From the NCBI RefSeq assembly GCF_000011805.1, contig NC_006841.2: a DNA stretch of 32,000 bases; one strand, given 5' to 3'. Shown here piece after piece: positions 9,122 through 20,150 of the stretch. A model generated the notes under the pieces. The model was not told the DNA's origin. It ran no database searches and saw only the letters and a program-made list of their open reading frames with translations. The position numbers and the translations under genes were made by a program. Every line of letters begins with the position of its first letter. The first letter of the stretch is position 1. The DNA is from Aliivibrio fischeri ES114. GTDB taxonomy: Bacteria; Pseudomonadota; Gammaproteobacteria; Enterobacterales; Vibrionaceae.

Positions 9122-12100
9122 TTACTCTTCAATCGCTTTGATTCTGAAGAACATGGCATAGAACAATGGAATCACGATTAACGTCAGGATTGTTGCAAAT
9201 AACAAACCAAACATAATGGTTACTGCCATACTCTTGAAGAATGGGTCAATCAATAATGGTGCAACCCCTAAGATAGTGGTTAATGCGCCAAGTAATACTG
9301 GTCGAGCACGACTTAAAGAGGCGTCGATAATGGCATTATATGGCAGCTTACCTTCTCTAATTTCAGCATCGGCTTGGTCTACTAATACAATGGCATTTTT
9401 CACCATCATACCAATTAAGCTTAAGAAACCTAATATCGCCATAAACTCAAATGGGGTTTGGAATATGATCAATCCAACCGTAACCCCAATGATGGCAAGT
9501 GGAGCAGTTAACCAAATTACGAGTGGCTGACGTAGCGCATTAAACATGAAAATAACCGATAAGATCATTGCAGCAAAACCATAAGGAGCTGAAATTACTA
9601 ATCCTTCATTCGCATCTTTAGACGCTTTATATTCACCATACCAAATTAACTCGTAACCTGATGGCAGCTCGATCGCTTCGATTTTTTGACGAACTTGATT
9701 AAATGCATCAGCGGTTAATACGCCCGGAGCGGGGTCCGCCTGCACCAGAATCGTCGGCATTCTATCAATACGACGCAAAATCGCATCTTCCCAAACCACA
9801 TCAGTGGATTCAACTAATTGGCTAACAGAGATAAAACCACCAACAGCATGACTGTATACTTCTGTGTTTTCAATTGCACGTTGGTGACTACGCTCTGTTT
9901 CTGGTGAACGTGCCACAATCGGGATAAGATCATTACCTTCACGGTAAACACCGACATTACGTCCAGATAAGGTCTGTGCAATGGCCTGATTAATTTCTTG
10001 TGTTGTTAAGCCAAATTGTTGTGCTTTTTCTTCTGAATAACGAGGACGTAGCACGGGTACTTGTTGACGCCAATCATCTTGAACTGCAATCAATTGTGGA
10101 TCATTTAGCATGATGGTTTTTGCTTGTTCCGCTAATTGACGAAGTACGGCACTGTCTGGACCTTTAAAGCCAGCTTCAATCTTTTTACCGCCCCCACGAC
10201 CCAGCATGAACTTCCATACTTTGATTGATGCATCTGTGTATTTTTCATCAAGCTCACTTTGTAATTCTCCCAATAATGGCGCAATGTTTTGGTAATCATC
10301 AATATCAATTAATAATTGACCGTAACTTGGATTACGCGCCTCTGGTGAATAAGTCAGCATAAAGCGTAGACCACCGCCACCAACAAAGCTGGTGATGTTA
10401 GTAATACCGGCTTTTTGTTTTATGTCTTGCTCAATACTTGCAATAGTTTGTTCTGTACGTTTTATGTCTGAACCTTGAGGTAAATATACATCAACAACAA
10501 ATTGTGCGCGCTGAGATTCGGGCATAAAGCCTGGTGGAATATATTTCGCTCCGTAAATAGAGGTAAATAACACCATCAATAGTAGGCTTAGGCTAATTAC
10601 TCTGTGTTTAATTACCCAAGTTAATAATTGACGATACCAACGGCTTACTCGACCAACAGGTGCTTGTGTGTCTACTGGTTTTACTTTCAAAAAGTCATAA
10701 CACAGCATCGGTGTAATGGTAACGGCAAATACCCAGCTTAGTAACATAGAGTATAGGATTACCCAAAATAGCGAACCAGCATATTCCCCCATATCAGATG
10801 GAGATAAACCAATTGCACTGAATGCACAGATACCAACAACCGTACCACCAAGTAGAGGCCATTTTGTTGTATTAACCACATCAGATACGATGTCATCTCG
10901 GCTATCGTTTGGCGTGGTTTGTAAGCGAACCAAAATCCCATCAGTTACAACAATGGCGTTATCCACCAACATCCCTAATGCGATGATTAAGGCGCCTAAT
11001 GAAATGCGTTGCATCGCAATGTCTTCAATCAGCATGATGCATAAGGTTCCAGCAACGGTTAGTAGCAATACAAAGCCGATGATGATCCCTGAGCGAACGC
11101 CCATAAAGAGAAGAAGAACAATGAATACGATCACAACCGCCGCAATCAAGTTATCAATGAAGTTCGTAACCGAAGCTCGAACCGAATCTGATTGCATTGA
11201 AATAACATTGAGCTCAATGCCTAAAGGACGTTGGTTTTCTAATTCAGCAATGCGCGCTTTTACGGCATCACCCATATCAACTACGTTGCCACCTGCGACA
11301 TTCGAAATACCAAAGCCAACCGCTCGTTGACCATTGTAGCGAACCATCATGCTTTGCGGTTCTTGATAACCACGAGTTACCGTTGCAATATCACCTAAGC
11401 GAAGTACTGCATTGTTATCTCCAAGATTGATTTGCAGATTAATGAGATCATTAAACGAATTCACATTTGAGCTTGGGATGACAGGGATACGCATTGAATC
11501 GGTTTCAATACTTCCTGCAATCGTTACCATGTTCTGCTTTTGCAATACTTGGTACACTTTTTCTGCTGAAACACCAAACTTAGCCATACGCTCGCCAGAC
11601 ATTTCAATAAAAATGGTCTCTTGGCGTTCACCTAACGTGGCTGTTTTTGCTACACCTGGAACCAATACCAGTTCTCGTCTGAGATCATCCACATAATCTT
11701 GCAGTTGTTTATCACTAAATCCATCACCAGTAACGGCGAAGAATAGGGCATAAACATCTGAGAAATCATCGTTAACGATGGAGGCACCAGCACCCGGAGG
11801 TAGCATACGTTGTGCATCACCCACTTTACGGCGTAATTTGTCCCATACTTGTTGTAGTTCGGCTTGACTGCCTGCAAATTCAAGTTTGATCTCAACAGTC
11901 ACTTCAGACATGCCTTGTTTCGATACCGACTTTATCTCTTTCACTTCTTGAAGAGATTGAACGGCTCCTTCAATGATATCAGTGACTTCATCAGAGACTT
12001 CTTGTGCAGTCGCACCTGAATAAGGGGTATTTATCACCGCTTGGCGAATAACAAATTCAGGATCTTCAAATCGTCCGAGTTTTAAGTAACTTAAATAGCC

Positions 12101-12172
12101 ACCAAATAAAATTAACGCAATAAGCACCCACACGGAGGTACGCTTAGCAATAGTGTAACGTGCGATATCCAT
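9122..12172 (-). CDS. RND-family multidrug efflux permease (AcrB-like)
   Basis: 1016 aa; MDIARYTIAKRTSVWVLIALILFGG, GATAQEVSDEVTDIIE, RND TM signatures (LGALIIALGMLVDNAIVVTDG; GFLSLIGMMVKNAIVLVDQ). Confidence 0.95.
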   Translation of the reverse strand: MDIARYTIAKRTSVWVLIALILFGGYLSYLKLGRFEDPEFVIRQAVINTPYSGATAQEVSDEVTDIIEGAVQSLQEVKEIKSVSKQGMSEVTVEIKLEFAGSQAELQQVWDKLRRKVGDAQRMLPPGAGASIVNDDFSDVYALFFAVTGDGFSDKQLQDYVDDLRRELVLVPGVAKTATLGERQETIFIEMSGERMAKFGVSAEKVYQVLQKQNMVTIAGSIETDSMRIPVIPSSNVNSFNDLINLQINLGDNNAVLRLGDIATVTRGYQEPQSMMVRYNGQRAVGFGISNVAGGNVVDMGDAVKARIAELENQRPLGIELNVISMQSDSVRASVTNFIDNLIAAVVIVFIVLLLFMGVRSGIIIGFVLLLTVAGTLCIMLIEDIAMQRISLGALIIALGMLVDNAIVVTDGILVRLQTTPNDSRDDIVSDVVNTTKWPLLGGTVVGICAFSAIGLSPSDMGEYAGSLFWVILYSMLLSWVFAVTITPMLCYDFLKVKPVDTQAPVGRVSRWYRQLLTWVIKHRVISLSLLLMVLFTSIYGAKYIPPGFMPESQRAQFVVDVYLPQGSDIKRTEQTIASIEQDIKQKAGITNITSFVGGGGLRFMLTYSPEARNPSYGQLLIDIDDYQNIAPLLGELQSELDEKYTDASIKVWKFMLGRGGGKKIEAGFKGPDSAVLRQLAEQAKTIMLNDPQLIAVQDDWRQQVPVLRPRYSEEKAQQFGLTTQEINQAIAQTLSGRNVGVYREGNDLIPIVARSPETERSHQRAIENTEVYSHAVGGFISVSQLVESTDVVWEDAILRRIDRMPTILVQADPAPGVLTADAFNQVRQKIEAIELPSGYELIWYGEYKASKDANEGLVISAPYGFAAMILSVIFMFNALRQPLVIWLTAPLAIIGVTVGLIIFQTPFEFMAILGFLSLIGMMVKNAIVLVDQADAEIREGKLPYNAIIDASLSRARPVLLGALTTILGVAPLLIDPFFKSMAVTIMFGLLFATILTLIVIPLFYAMFFRIKAIEE

Positions 12173-12175
12173 TTG

Positions 12176-13288
12176 TTATTTCTCAACCTGTGAAGAAAGT
12201 GTGTCGGTATATGGTCTCACTTCCATGCCTTCTTTTAAGCTAGAAGCCCCTGCTGTAATAATGCGTTCACCAGTTTGCAAACCATCATTAATGACAATTC
12301 GATTTGATACTAAGGTACCTGCGCTAATAATGCGTTTTTGAACTTTATTCTCTTGAGTCACAACCCATACAAACTGACCGCCTTGGTTGTCCGGAACAAC
12401 CGCTGTTAGTGGAACAGTAATGAGTAATGACGCTTGATCTTGTTCATCTGAATAAACAGGTACGACTTTAACTGTCATTCCTGGAAGTACATTGAAGCCA
12501 CGAAGATCTTCAAATGTAAGAACCACAGGGTAAGTTTGTGTGATTGGGTCCGCTTGCGTTCCATAAGTGCTTAGCACAAGAGGGAAGGTTTCATTACGAA
12601 GTGCACTGATTTGAGCCAGTGCTTTCGAGCCTTTTAAATCCCCTAACATTACGCTATCAGGAATATTGATGAGTACTTCTAAATCATCAACATTATGAAC
12701 CGTTAATACTGGACTATTCGCTTGAATTTGGACGTGATTATCAATCATTTTTTTGCCAATCACACCATCAAATGGTGCATGTAACTGCGTATATTCAAGC
12801 TGGCGTTGTGCTTCATCTAGACGATTTTTGGCTAGTTGATAACGAGTGGTTAAGGTATCTAAATCACTTTTTGCTATTGCTTGGCTTTTTTCATAAATGG
12901 CTTTGCCACGAGTGTATTCAGCTTTACTGTTTTTGTATTCAACACGAGCAGATTCTAGTGCTGTTTGTGCATCACGAGGATCAAGTTGAGCTAATAGTTG
13001 CCCTTTTTTAACTTGTTGACCTTCATCAACCAACACACTGATCACGCGACTGCTCATTCTAAAAGCTAAGTCTGCGCGTTGTGCAGAGCGAACTACGCCA
13101 TTAAAACGCAGTTGTGCGTTAGCACTAGGAGATACTATCTCAGTGAGTGCAGGTCTAATTGTTGGTTGTGAGATCTCTTTAGCTACTTCATTAGTGTCAC
13201 AACCAGAAATTACCATGGAGCCAACAGCAAGACTTACTGCAATGGCCGTTTTTTTAATTAACATTAATGTAGAAGTGGTAGAACGCAT
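12176..13288 (-). CDS. RND efflux periplasmic adaptor (membrane fusion) lipoprotein
   Basis: 370 aa; N-terminal lipobox-like VISGC, biotinyl-lipoyl-like DEGQQVKKGQLLAQLD and QLHAPFDGVIGKK; 3 bp from the permease ORF. Confidence 0.93.
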   Translation of the reverse strand: MRSTTSTLMLIKKTAIAVSLAVGSMVISGCDTNEVAKEISQPTIRPALTEIVSPSANAQLRFNGVVRSAQRADLAFRMSSRVISVLVDEGQQVKKGQLLAQLDPRDAQTALESARVEYKNSKAEYTRGKAIYEKSQAIAKSDLDTLTTRYQLAKNRLDEAQRQLEYTQLHAPFDGVIGKKMIDNHVQIQANSPVLTVHNVDDLEVLINIPDSVMLGDLKGSKALAQISALRNETFPLVLSTYGTQADPITQTYPVVLTFEDLRGFNVLPGMTVKVVPVYSDEQDQASLLITVPLTAVVPDNQGGQFVWVVTQENKVQKRIISAGTLVSNRIVINDGLQTGERIITAGASSLKEGMEVRPYTDTLSSQVEK

Positions 13289-13348
13289 TTACTCAGTCCT
13301 CATGAAAGAGCGATTAATCCAATAAATTGATTGAAGGAGTTTTATAGT

Positions 13349-13401
13349 TATAAAGTAAACTCTTGAGTTTATTTTATACGTAAAAACTATAAAGTAAACT
13401 C
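13349..13401. promoter_or_regulatory. Candidate TetR-family operator region between adaptor and regulator genes
   Basis: 14-nt direct repeat tataaagtaaactc at 13349-13362 and 13388-13401; the first copy overlaps the inverted repeat taaactc-tt-gagttta (13356-13371). Confidence 0.55.
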
Positions 13402-13458
13402 AAAAGTATACATTTGTTTTGGTAATGGTTAGACTAGGTCCTATAGCTTGGAGGGGAC

Positions 13459-14070
13459 ATGCAAAAGAAATTGACAAGATCGCAGCAAAAACACTTAGAT
13501 ATCATTAACGCAGCAAAAGAAGAGTTTATTGAATTCGGCTTTTTAGCCGCGAATATGGATAGGATCACATCGTCTGCAGAAGTGTCTAAACGAACGCTTT
13601 ATCGACATTTTGAAAGTAAAGAAGTGTTGTTTGAATCAGTATTGACCATTATTAATGACTCAGTGAACGAAAGTATCTCTTATCATTTTGATCCAAATAA
13701 GAGTACGGAAGAGCAGTTAACAGAGATTGCTTATAAAGAGATTGATGTTCTTTATAAAACTTATGGGATAGCTTTAGCTCGAACAATCGTGATGGAGTTT
13801 CTACGTCAACCAGAAATGGCCAAAACGCTTATCCAAAATATCTATAGTATCCGAGCTATTACTCAGTGGTTTAGAAGTGCAATTGAAGCGAAAAGACTTA
13901 AAGATGCAGATCCAAAACTAATGACAGATGTGTATGTCAGTTTGTTTCAAGGGTTATTCTTTTGGCCTCAAGTAATGCATTTGGATCTAGAGCCTCACGG
14001 GGAAGAGCTAAGTCAAAAAATAGAAACACTAACCACGATTTTCTTACAGAGTTATGGGGTTGCTGAGTAG
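13459..14070 (+). CDS. TetR/AcrR family transcriptional regulator
   Basis: 203 aa; N-terminal HTH ILNAAKEEFIEFGF.AANMDRITSSAEVSKRTLYRHFESKEVLFESV-type sequence, divergent from the RND operon. Confidence 0.92.
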   Translation: MQKKLTRSQQKHLDIINAAKEEFIEFGFLAANMDRITSSAEVSKRTLYRHFESKEVLFESVLTIINDSVNESISYHFDPNKSTEEQLTEIAYKEIDVLYKTYGIALARTIVMEFLRQPEMAKTLIQNIYSIRAITQWFRSAIEAKRLKDADPKLMTDVYVSLFQGLFFWPQVMHLDLEPHGEELSQKIETLTTIFLQSYGVAE

Positions 14071-14217
14071 ACCATTTGTATAAAGATGTAAATATGCACC
14101 ATATTCTTTGAATAATTAATGAGGGTAAGATCAAACTTAGCTGAGTTATTTTACGACAAAGTACTTAAGGCGATTATAGTTAATAATAATATCTACAAAT
14201 AAAGTGCTAGGTTTTTT

Positions 14218-16812
14218 ATGAATAATAATATGTCATTAAAGAAAAAGAGCATTCTCGCGTTAGCTTGCTATGTTTGTTTTTTAATTACGGTTATTGGCAG
14301 TATTACTTATTGTGTTGTTGAACCTCCTATTCGTGAAAATCTTGAAAACAATCTTAATTTACGCACTCAACTTTTAGCTAGGGAAATAGAGGATCCGCTT
14401 AATCATTCTCTTTCCATATTGCATGCACTTGTTGGGGTCGCTGCAAGCGGTTACTCTATCGATGTTCTTGAAGATATGACTTATTCTGTTTTCAAAGAGA
14501 GCGACGATATTATTATTAGTGGTGGCATTTGGCCAGAACCCAATACATTGGAGCCATCCAAACAATTAGCTAGCATTTTTTATTCTCGTGATGAACGAGG
14601 AAAAATCACCTCTGTTAACGATTACAATATTCCTAGCAATACACCTTATCAACAAGAGTCATGGTATACATCGGTTTCACATGAAAACAGTAGCCATAAT
14701 ATTTCATGGTCTGAGGTTTACATTGATCCTTTTACCAAGCAGAAGATGATCACCGCTTCACAACCTTATTTTGAAAATAACCAGTTTGTTGGTGTAGCAA
14801 CCATTGATATTTCATTAAAAGGGTTGATCGGTGTTATTGAATCACAAGCTGAGAAGCATCAGTTAGGGATATCTGTCTACGATGGAAATACCACAATAGC
14901 AGAATACAAATTCGCTGTTGATGAAAGTATGTATGTTGTAGAGCTCTTTATGGATGATCTTCGTTGGGAGCTCAAGGTGGTAAATTCAGTTCTTACCGTA
15001 GCTGATGAGACTTTCGCTCAGGTTGTTAATATCGAATTGGGGATTGTGCCTATTTTATTGGCTTGTGTGATTTTAGCTTATTATTTTATTAATCGTAGTT
15101 TAATCAATCCAATCGTCCTGATTTCACAACAAGTAAATGAGAGAGAATCGAGTGAAAAAATTGATATAAATTATGGTTATAAAGATGAAATTGCTGATTT
15201 GATCTATTCTTTCAATCAAGAGACAGAATACTTAGAAATTGAAAAGTCAAAAGCAGAAGCGTTAGCAAAAGCCAAAAGTTCATTTTTAGCTAATATGTCA
15301 CACGAAATTCGAACACCTCTAAATGGCATCATTGGTATGTCAGACATCTTAACTGAAACCGATTTAACACCGGTTCAATCAGAATATGTTGAAACTATTG
15401 ATACCTCTTCGCAAACACTGCTTTTATTGATTAATGATATTCTTGATTTATCAAAAATAGAATCTGGAAATTTAGTTATTGTCCCTCAAGAATCGAATGT
15501 TGAAGAAGTTGCCTACGATACTCTGACTGTCATTTTGAGCAAAGCGACGGAAAAAGGCTTGGCGTTACAAGTTGACATTGCTAATGATTTACCTGAACTC
15601 GTAATGCTTGATGAACATCGATTGCGCCAAGTACTGATGAACTTAATGTCTAATGCCGTTAAATTTACTCAGGATGGAGCCGTCATTTTATCCATTAATT
15701 ATCAACAGAAAGAGAATGGAAGAGGGTTATTATTCTTTTCTGTAAAAGATACGGGCATTGGGATTAGTAAAGATAAATGTGAACAGATTTTTGAACCGTT
15801 TACGCAAGAAGATAGTTCAATAACTCGTCAGTTTGGTGGAACGGGTCTAGGGTTGGCAATATGTCGCCAGTTAGTTGAAATGCTTGGTGGTGAGTTGAAA
15901 GTTGATTCAGAAAAAGGGTTTGGAAGTAAATTTCATTTCATATTAGATGTTGAGGTGATTGAGCCAACACATAAAGGATTAGAAGAATATGCTCAGTCCT
16001 CATGTGTCATTGTGAGTAATCATATGCTTTATGCAACTCAGCTTGAGATGGAATGTAAAAAGTTGGGAATTAATAGCAGAATCGTCCAAAAATTTGTTCC
16101 GCAGGATGATCTAATCAGTCAAAGTGATGTGGTTATTTATTGTCAAAAATCCTCTTCAGAGGCATTAAATCATGTGAGGTTAATGAATGAGTATAAGCAT
16201 CGACCAGCGATTATCATTTGTAAAAAGCATCAAGATGAAAAGGTGGATTTTGAACGTACAATTGAAGGTGTCATTACTTATCCATTACTTGGTAAACGTT
16301 TTTATAAGGTAATGAAACAAGCATTTATTGCAAGTCAATCGCATCAAGGGATTGTTTCAGAAGTAAAAACAAGCGGTGATTCTGAATATGGTGAGATGAT
16401 AGATTTACCTCATAAGCGTAAGGATAATCTGGACATAATAAAAACGGTTCTTGTAGTAGAAGATAATGCTATTAATCAAAAAGTTGCATCGTTGTTGCTT
16501 AAAAAGGCCGGATTTTGCGTTGAAATAGCGAATAATGGACAAGAAGCATTAGATATGGTGATGAGTAAAACGTCACCTTATAGTTTAGTTTTAATGGACT
16601 GTATGATGCCGATAATGGATGGATTTGCTGCAACTGAAGCAATAAGGAAATGGGAAGAGAATCAAGAGCAGAAACGCTTGCCTATTATTGCGTTAACAGC
16701 GAGTGTTTTCATTGAAGATATCGATAAATGCTACCAATCGGGCATGGATGATTATGTAGCAAAACCATTTAGAAAAGAGCTTATACTAGAAAAATTGGAA
16801 GCGTATACATAA
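14218..16812 (+). CDS. Hybrid sensor histidine kinase with periplasmic Cache-like sensor, HisKA, HATPase_c, degenerate receiver-like region and C-terminal receiver
   Basis: 864 aa; TM-flanked extracytoplasmic region ([12 protein letters not shown]...), H-box [22 protein letters not shown]-box [18 protein letters not shown], receiver [14 protein letters not shown]...[14 protein letters not shown]. Confidence 0.93.
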   Translation: MNNNMSLKKKSILALACYVCFLITVIGSITYCVVEPPIRENLENNLNLRTQLLAREIEDPLNHSLSILHALVGVAASGYSIDVLEDMTYSVFKESDDIIISGGIWPEPNTLEPSKQLASIFYSRDERGKITSVNDYNIPSNTPYQQESWYTSVSHENSSHNISWSEVYIDPFTKQKMITASQPYFENNQFVGVATIDISLKGLIGVIESQAEKHQLGISVYDGNTTIAEYKFAVDESMYVVELFMDDLRWELKVVNSVLTVADETFAQVVNIELGIVPILLACVILAYYFINRSLINPIVLISQQVNERESSEKIDINYGYKDEIADLIYSFNQETEYLEIEKSKAEALAKAKSSFLANMSHEIRTPLNGIIGMSDILTETDLTPVQSEYVETIDTSSQTLLLLINDILDLSKIESGNLVIVPQESNVEEVAYDTLTVILSKATEKGLALQVDIANDLPELVMLDEHRLRQVLMNLMSNAVKFTQDGAVILSINYQQKENGRGLLFFSVKDTGIGISKDKCEQIFEPFTQEDSSITRQFGGTGLGLAICRQLVEMLGGELKVDSEKGFGSKFHFILDVEVIEPTHKGLEEYAQSSCVIVSNHMLYATQLEMECKKLGINSRIVQKFVPQDDLISQSDVVIYCQKSSSEALNHVRLMNEYKHRPAIIICKKHQDEKVDFERTIEGVITYPLLGKRFYKVMKQAFIASQSHQGIVSEVKTSGDSEYGEMIDLPHKRKDNLDIIKTVLVVEDNAINQKVASLLLKKAGFCVEIANNGQEALDMVMSKTSPYSLVLMDCMMPIMDGFAATEAIRKWEENQEQKRLPIIALTASVFIEDIDKCYQSGMDDYVAKPFRKELILEKLEAYT

Positions 16813-16841
16813 ATAATGATTCATATATACGCTCATTTTAT

Positions 16842-17840
16842 TTATAGAGTATGTACTGAATTACGTTTAACGAGTGTTGGCGTATATACTTTTTTCTCTG
16901 TTTCTGGTTTTTCATCTTTTGCTAGCAATAGCGATAACAGGGCTGCTTGTGAGGCCATCTCACTAATAGGGTAGTCAATGGTTGTTAGTTTAGGGTGTAG
17001 ATATTTGGCAATTAGACCGTTATCGAAACCAATAATGGAAACCTGCTCTGGTACTGAAATACCTGCTTTTTCAAGGGCTGCAATAGCTCCCGCTGCCATG
17101 TAATCGTTATAACAAACAACACCCGTAAATGATTGTTTATTTTTAATTAATTCATTCATCGCGTTTTCCCCCCCTTCGTCAGTGGGTTCGCCTTCACTTA
17201 ATAAAGAACTATTAATGATTAATCCATGTTTTTCTAAGGCTTGAGCAAAACCGTGCTTTCGATCAATACAATCATCAATTTGTTGATTAGAGTTGATGTA
17301 GGCTAAATGTTGGTGACCACTTTCAATAAGGTGTTCTGTGGCAAGTCTTGACCCAAGTTGGTTATCTAGATAGATGCATTTATGAGCTATTTGGGGGATA
17401 TGACGATTAATAATGACCAATCCAGGTACTTCTTGTGAAAATTGAATTAATTCCTCATCACTTAATCCTTTAGAGTGAATAATCAGAGATTCACAACGGT
17501 TATGGATTAATAGCTCTATGGCCTCTTTCTCAACTTCAGCATTGTGATAACCATTACCAATTAATAAATGTTTGTTGTTGGCTCTAGCTACACCATCAAC
17601 GGCTTTGATTAAAGATCCAAAAAATGGGTCAGAAACATCTGCAACTAATACCCCAATAGTATTGGTACTTTTACTGACTAAAGCACGAGCATTAGCATTA
17701 GGTCGATAGCCGAGTTTTGTCATTGCAGCATTAACAGATTTTATGGCTGCTTTACTGGCTTTAGGTGATTTATTTACTACACGAGAAACGGTGGCAACAG
17801 ATACACCAGCTTCTTTTGCTACATCTTTAATGGTTGCCAT
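16842..17840 (-). CDS. galR: LacI-family transcriptional regulator, GalR/GalS type
   Basis: 332 aa; MATIKDVAKEAGVSVATVSRVVN HTH with GalR/GalS-like body (GYRPNANARALVSKSTNTIGVLVADVSDPFFGSL); GalR-type operators occur at the gal genes and upstream of this gene. Confidence 0.85.
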   Translation of the reverse strand: MATIKDVAKEAGVSVATVSRVVNKSPKASKAAIKSVNAAMTKLGYRPNANARALVSKSTNTIGVLVADVSDPFFGSLIKAVDGVARANNKHLLIGNGYHNAEVEKEAIELLIHNRCESLIIHSKGLSDEELIQFSQEVPGLVIINRHIPQIAHKCIYLDNQLGSRLATEHLIESGHQHLAYINSNQQIDDCIDRKHGFAQALEKHGLIINSSLLSEGEPTDEGGENAMNELIKNKQSFTGVVCYNDYMAAGAIAALEKAGISVPEQVSIIGFDNGLIAKYLHPKLTTIDYPISEMASQAALLSLLLAKDEKPETEKKVYTPTLVKRNSVHTL

Positions 17841-17930
17841 AATGGAGCCTTAGTTATTATTAATTTGATCGAGTTAAAGTTTTAGTAAACTTTTATTTCG
17901 TTTTCAATCTTAATGCAATAGGATTGATTT

Positions 17931-17944
17931 TGTAAACGTTATCA
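17931..17944. promoter_or_regulatory. Candidate autoregulatory GalR/LacI-type operator
   Basis: tgtaaacgttatca, a near-palindrome with two mismatches in the right half relative to tgtaaacgtttaca, upstream of the LacI-family gene. Confidence 0.5.
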
Positions 17945-17964
17945 TTAATTAATTGTAAGGATAA

Positions 17965-18303
<339 letters not shown>

Positions 18304-18316
18304 TACCTTTAAAATT

Positions 18317-18348
18317 AAGTGCCATTAAGAAAACATAATGGCGCTTTA
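18317..18348 (+). terminator. Probable terminator of the tRNA-binding-domain gene
   Basis: aagtgccatta / taatggcgctt stem (one G-U) with a short T run after it. Confidence 0.55.
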
Positions 18349-18562
18349 AAATAAAAGTCATCTTTTAAACCTCCTCTACAGCATAAAAACACAGTATTGA
18401 AATATGAAGTGAATCTTTCATTTGTTAAATCAATTCATTCTGTTGTTTAGTGCTGCATTTCACATTTTTGCTCTATTTAAGCTCTTGTTGTTAACTCATT
18501 GTTAATTTCTAGTGTATGGTTGGTTGTGTTTTATACCAACACTTACAATTAAAGGGATTTTT

Positions 18563-20071
18563 ATGCAGGGTGTAGTTGATTTTTTAAATGGGATTATTTG
18601 GAGTCCATTTCTCATTTATTTATGTTTGGGTGCTGGTCTGTTTTATTCAATTCAGACTCGGTTTGTTCAAGTTCGACATTTTAAAGAAATGTGTCGTTTA
18701 TTAATTTCAAACAAAGAATCCAGTAAAGGGATCAGTTCATTTCAAGCGTTAGCAGTATCTCTGTCTGGACGAGTGGGTACAGGTAATATCGCAGGTGTTG
18801 CGGCGGCGATTGGCTTTGGTGGTCCAGGTGCAGTATTTTGGATGTGGGTTGTTGCCTTTTTAGGTGCTGCAACGGCTTATGCGGAATCTACGCTTGCTCA
18901 AATCTATAAAGAAGAAGATGAAGGGCAGTTTCGTGGTGGCCCTGCTTATTATATAGAGAAAGCAATGGGGCAAAAGTGGTATGCGTGGATTTTTGCTATT
19001 GCGACTATTTTTGCTTGTGGTGTTTTACTTCCTGGCGTTCAATCAAACAGTATTGGTAATGCAGTCGAAACGGCTTTTGGATCAGGTAGTATGATTGATA
19101 CTGGGTTGGGTGTATTTAGTTTTGCTAAGATCTTCACCGGTGCAGTTATCTCGATAATTCTTGGCTTCATCATTTTTGGTGGAGTGAAACGTATTGCCAA
19201 CTTCACGCAAATTGTTGTCCCGTTCATGGCTCTGGCTTATATTATCTTAGCGTTTGTCATTATTCTGCTGAACATTAATGAAGTTCCAGCGATTTTTGCA
19301 CTGATCATTGGTGATGCATTTACGCCAATGGCAGGGTTTGGTGCTGCTATTGGTTGGGGGGTTAAGCGAGGTGTTTATTCAAACGAAGCGGGTCAAGGTA
19401 CTGGTCCACATGCAGCTGCTGCGGCAAGTGTTGAACATCCTGCACAACAAGGGTTAGTTCAATCATTCTCTATTTACATTGATACCTTGCTAGTTTGTTC
19501 TGCTACAGCATTTATGATTTTAATTACCGGCGCCTACAATGTACATGGTAGTGGAGAGGGAGTTTTCTTAGTTCAAAATATCTCTGAAACCATTGGTGCA
19601 AATGGTCCTATGTTCACTCAAATGGCAATTGAAAGCACTCTACCTGGTATCGGTAAAATCTTTATTGCTTTTGCATTATTCTTTTTCGCATTCACAACAA
19701 TTTTAGCTTATTACTATATTGCTGAAACGAACATTGCTTATATACGTCGAACATTAAAAATTGATGGAATGATGTTTGTTCTTAAAGTGGTGATCATGTC
19801 TGCGGTATTTTACGGTACGGTTAAAACGACTAACCTTGCTTGGGCTATGGGTGACGTTGGTGTTGGGGTAATGGCTTGGTTAAATATCATTGGTATTCTG
19901 ATTATTTTCTTCTTGTCAAAACCTGCATTAAAAGCGCTAAAAGATTATGAAGAACAGCAAAAACAAGGTGTAAAAAGTTTTACTTTCGACCCTGTAAAAC
20001 TAGGAATTAAAGGCGCAACTTATTGGGAACAAAAGTTAGAAAGAAACAATAAGAAATCCAGAGAAAAATAA
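18563..20071 (+). CDS. Alanine/glycine:cation symporter family (AGCS) protein
   Basis: Likely ATG at 18563 (MQGVVDFLNGIIWSP) inside the 18512 ORF; GRVGTGNIAGVAAAIGFGGPGAVFWMW and GVKRGVYSNEAGQGTGPHAAAAA motifs. Confidence 0.94.
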   Translation: MQGVVDFLNGIIWSPFLIYLCLGAGLFYSIQTRFVQVRHFKEMCRLLISNKESSKGISSFQALAVSLSGRVGTGNIAGVAAAIGFGGPGAVFWMWVVAFLGAATAYAESTLAQIYKEEDEGQFRGGPAYYIEKAMGQKWYAWIFAIATIFACGVLLPGVQSNSIGNAVETAFGSGSMIDTGLGVFSFAKIFTGAVISIILGFIIFGGVKRIANFTQIVVPFMALAYIILAFVIILLNINEVPAIFALIIGDAFTPMAGFGAAIGWGVKRGVYSNEAGQGTGPHAAAAASVEHPAQQGLVQSFSIYIDTLLVCSATAFMILITGAYNVHGSGEGVFLVQNISETIGANGPMFTQMAIESTLPGIGKIFIAFALFFFAFTTILAYYYIAETNIAYIRRTLKIDGMMFVLKVVIMSAVFYGTVKTTNLAWAMGDVGVGVMAWLNIIGILIIFFLSKPALKALKDYEEQQKQGVKSFTFDPVKLGIKGATYWEQKLERNNKKSREK

Positions 20072-20094
20072 ATAAGATTGCTATCTAAAATAAG

Positions 20095-20125
20095 AAAAAT
20101 GCCGTTAATGTAACGGCATTTTTTA
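20095..20125 (+). terminator. Intrinsic terminator after the AGCS gene
   Basis: aaaaatgccgtta-atg-taacggcattttt perfect stem followed by T run. Confidence 0.85.
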
Positions 20126-20150
20126 TGTCAAATTAAATATGGAGTACAGC

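Noticed and set aside
10716-11330. 204-aa plus-strand ORF (and other ORFs at 9216, 11412) opposite the RND permease
   Set aside because: Antisense shadow ORFs within a well-conserved 1016-aa permease; low-complexity Thr/Ser/Ile composition and no recognisable domain.
18349-18562. Possible glycine riboswitch upstream of the AGCS symporter, as known in Vibrio cholerae
   Set aside because: I looked for the tandem aptamer core and its conserved GGAGAG / CACCGAAG-like blocks and did not find them. The region is AT-rich without a matching architecture.
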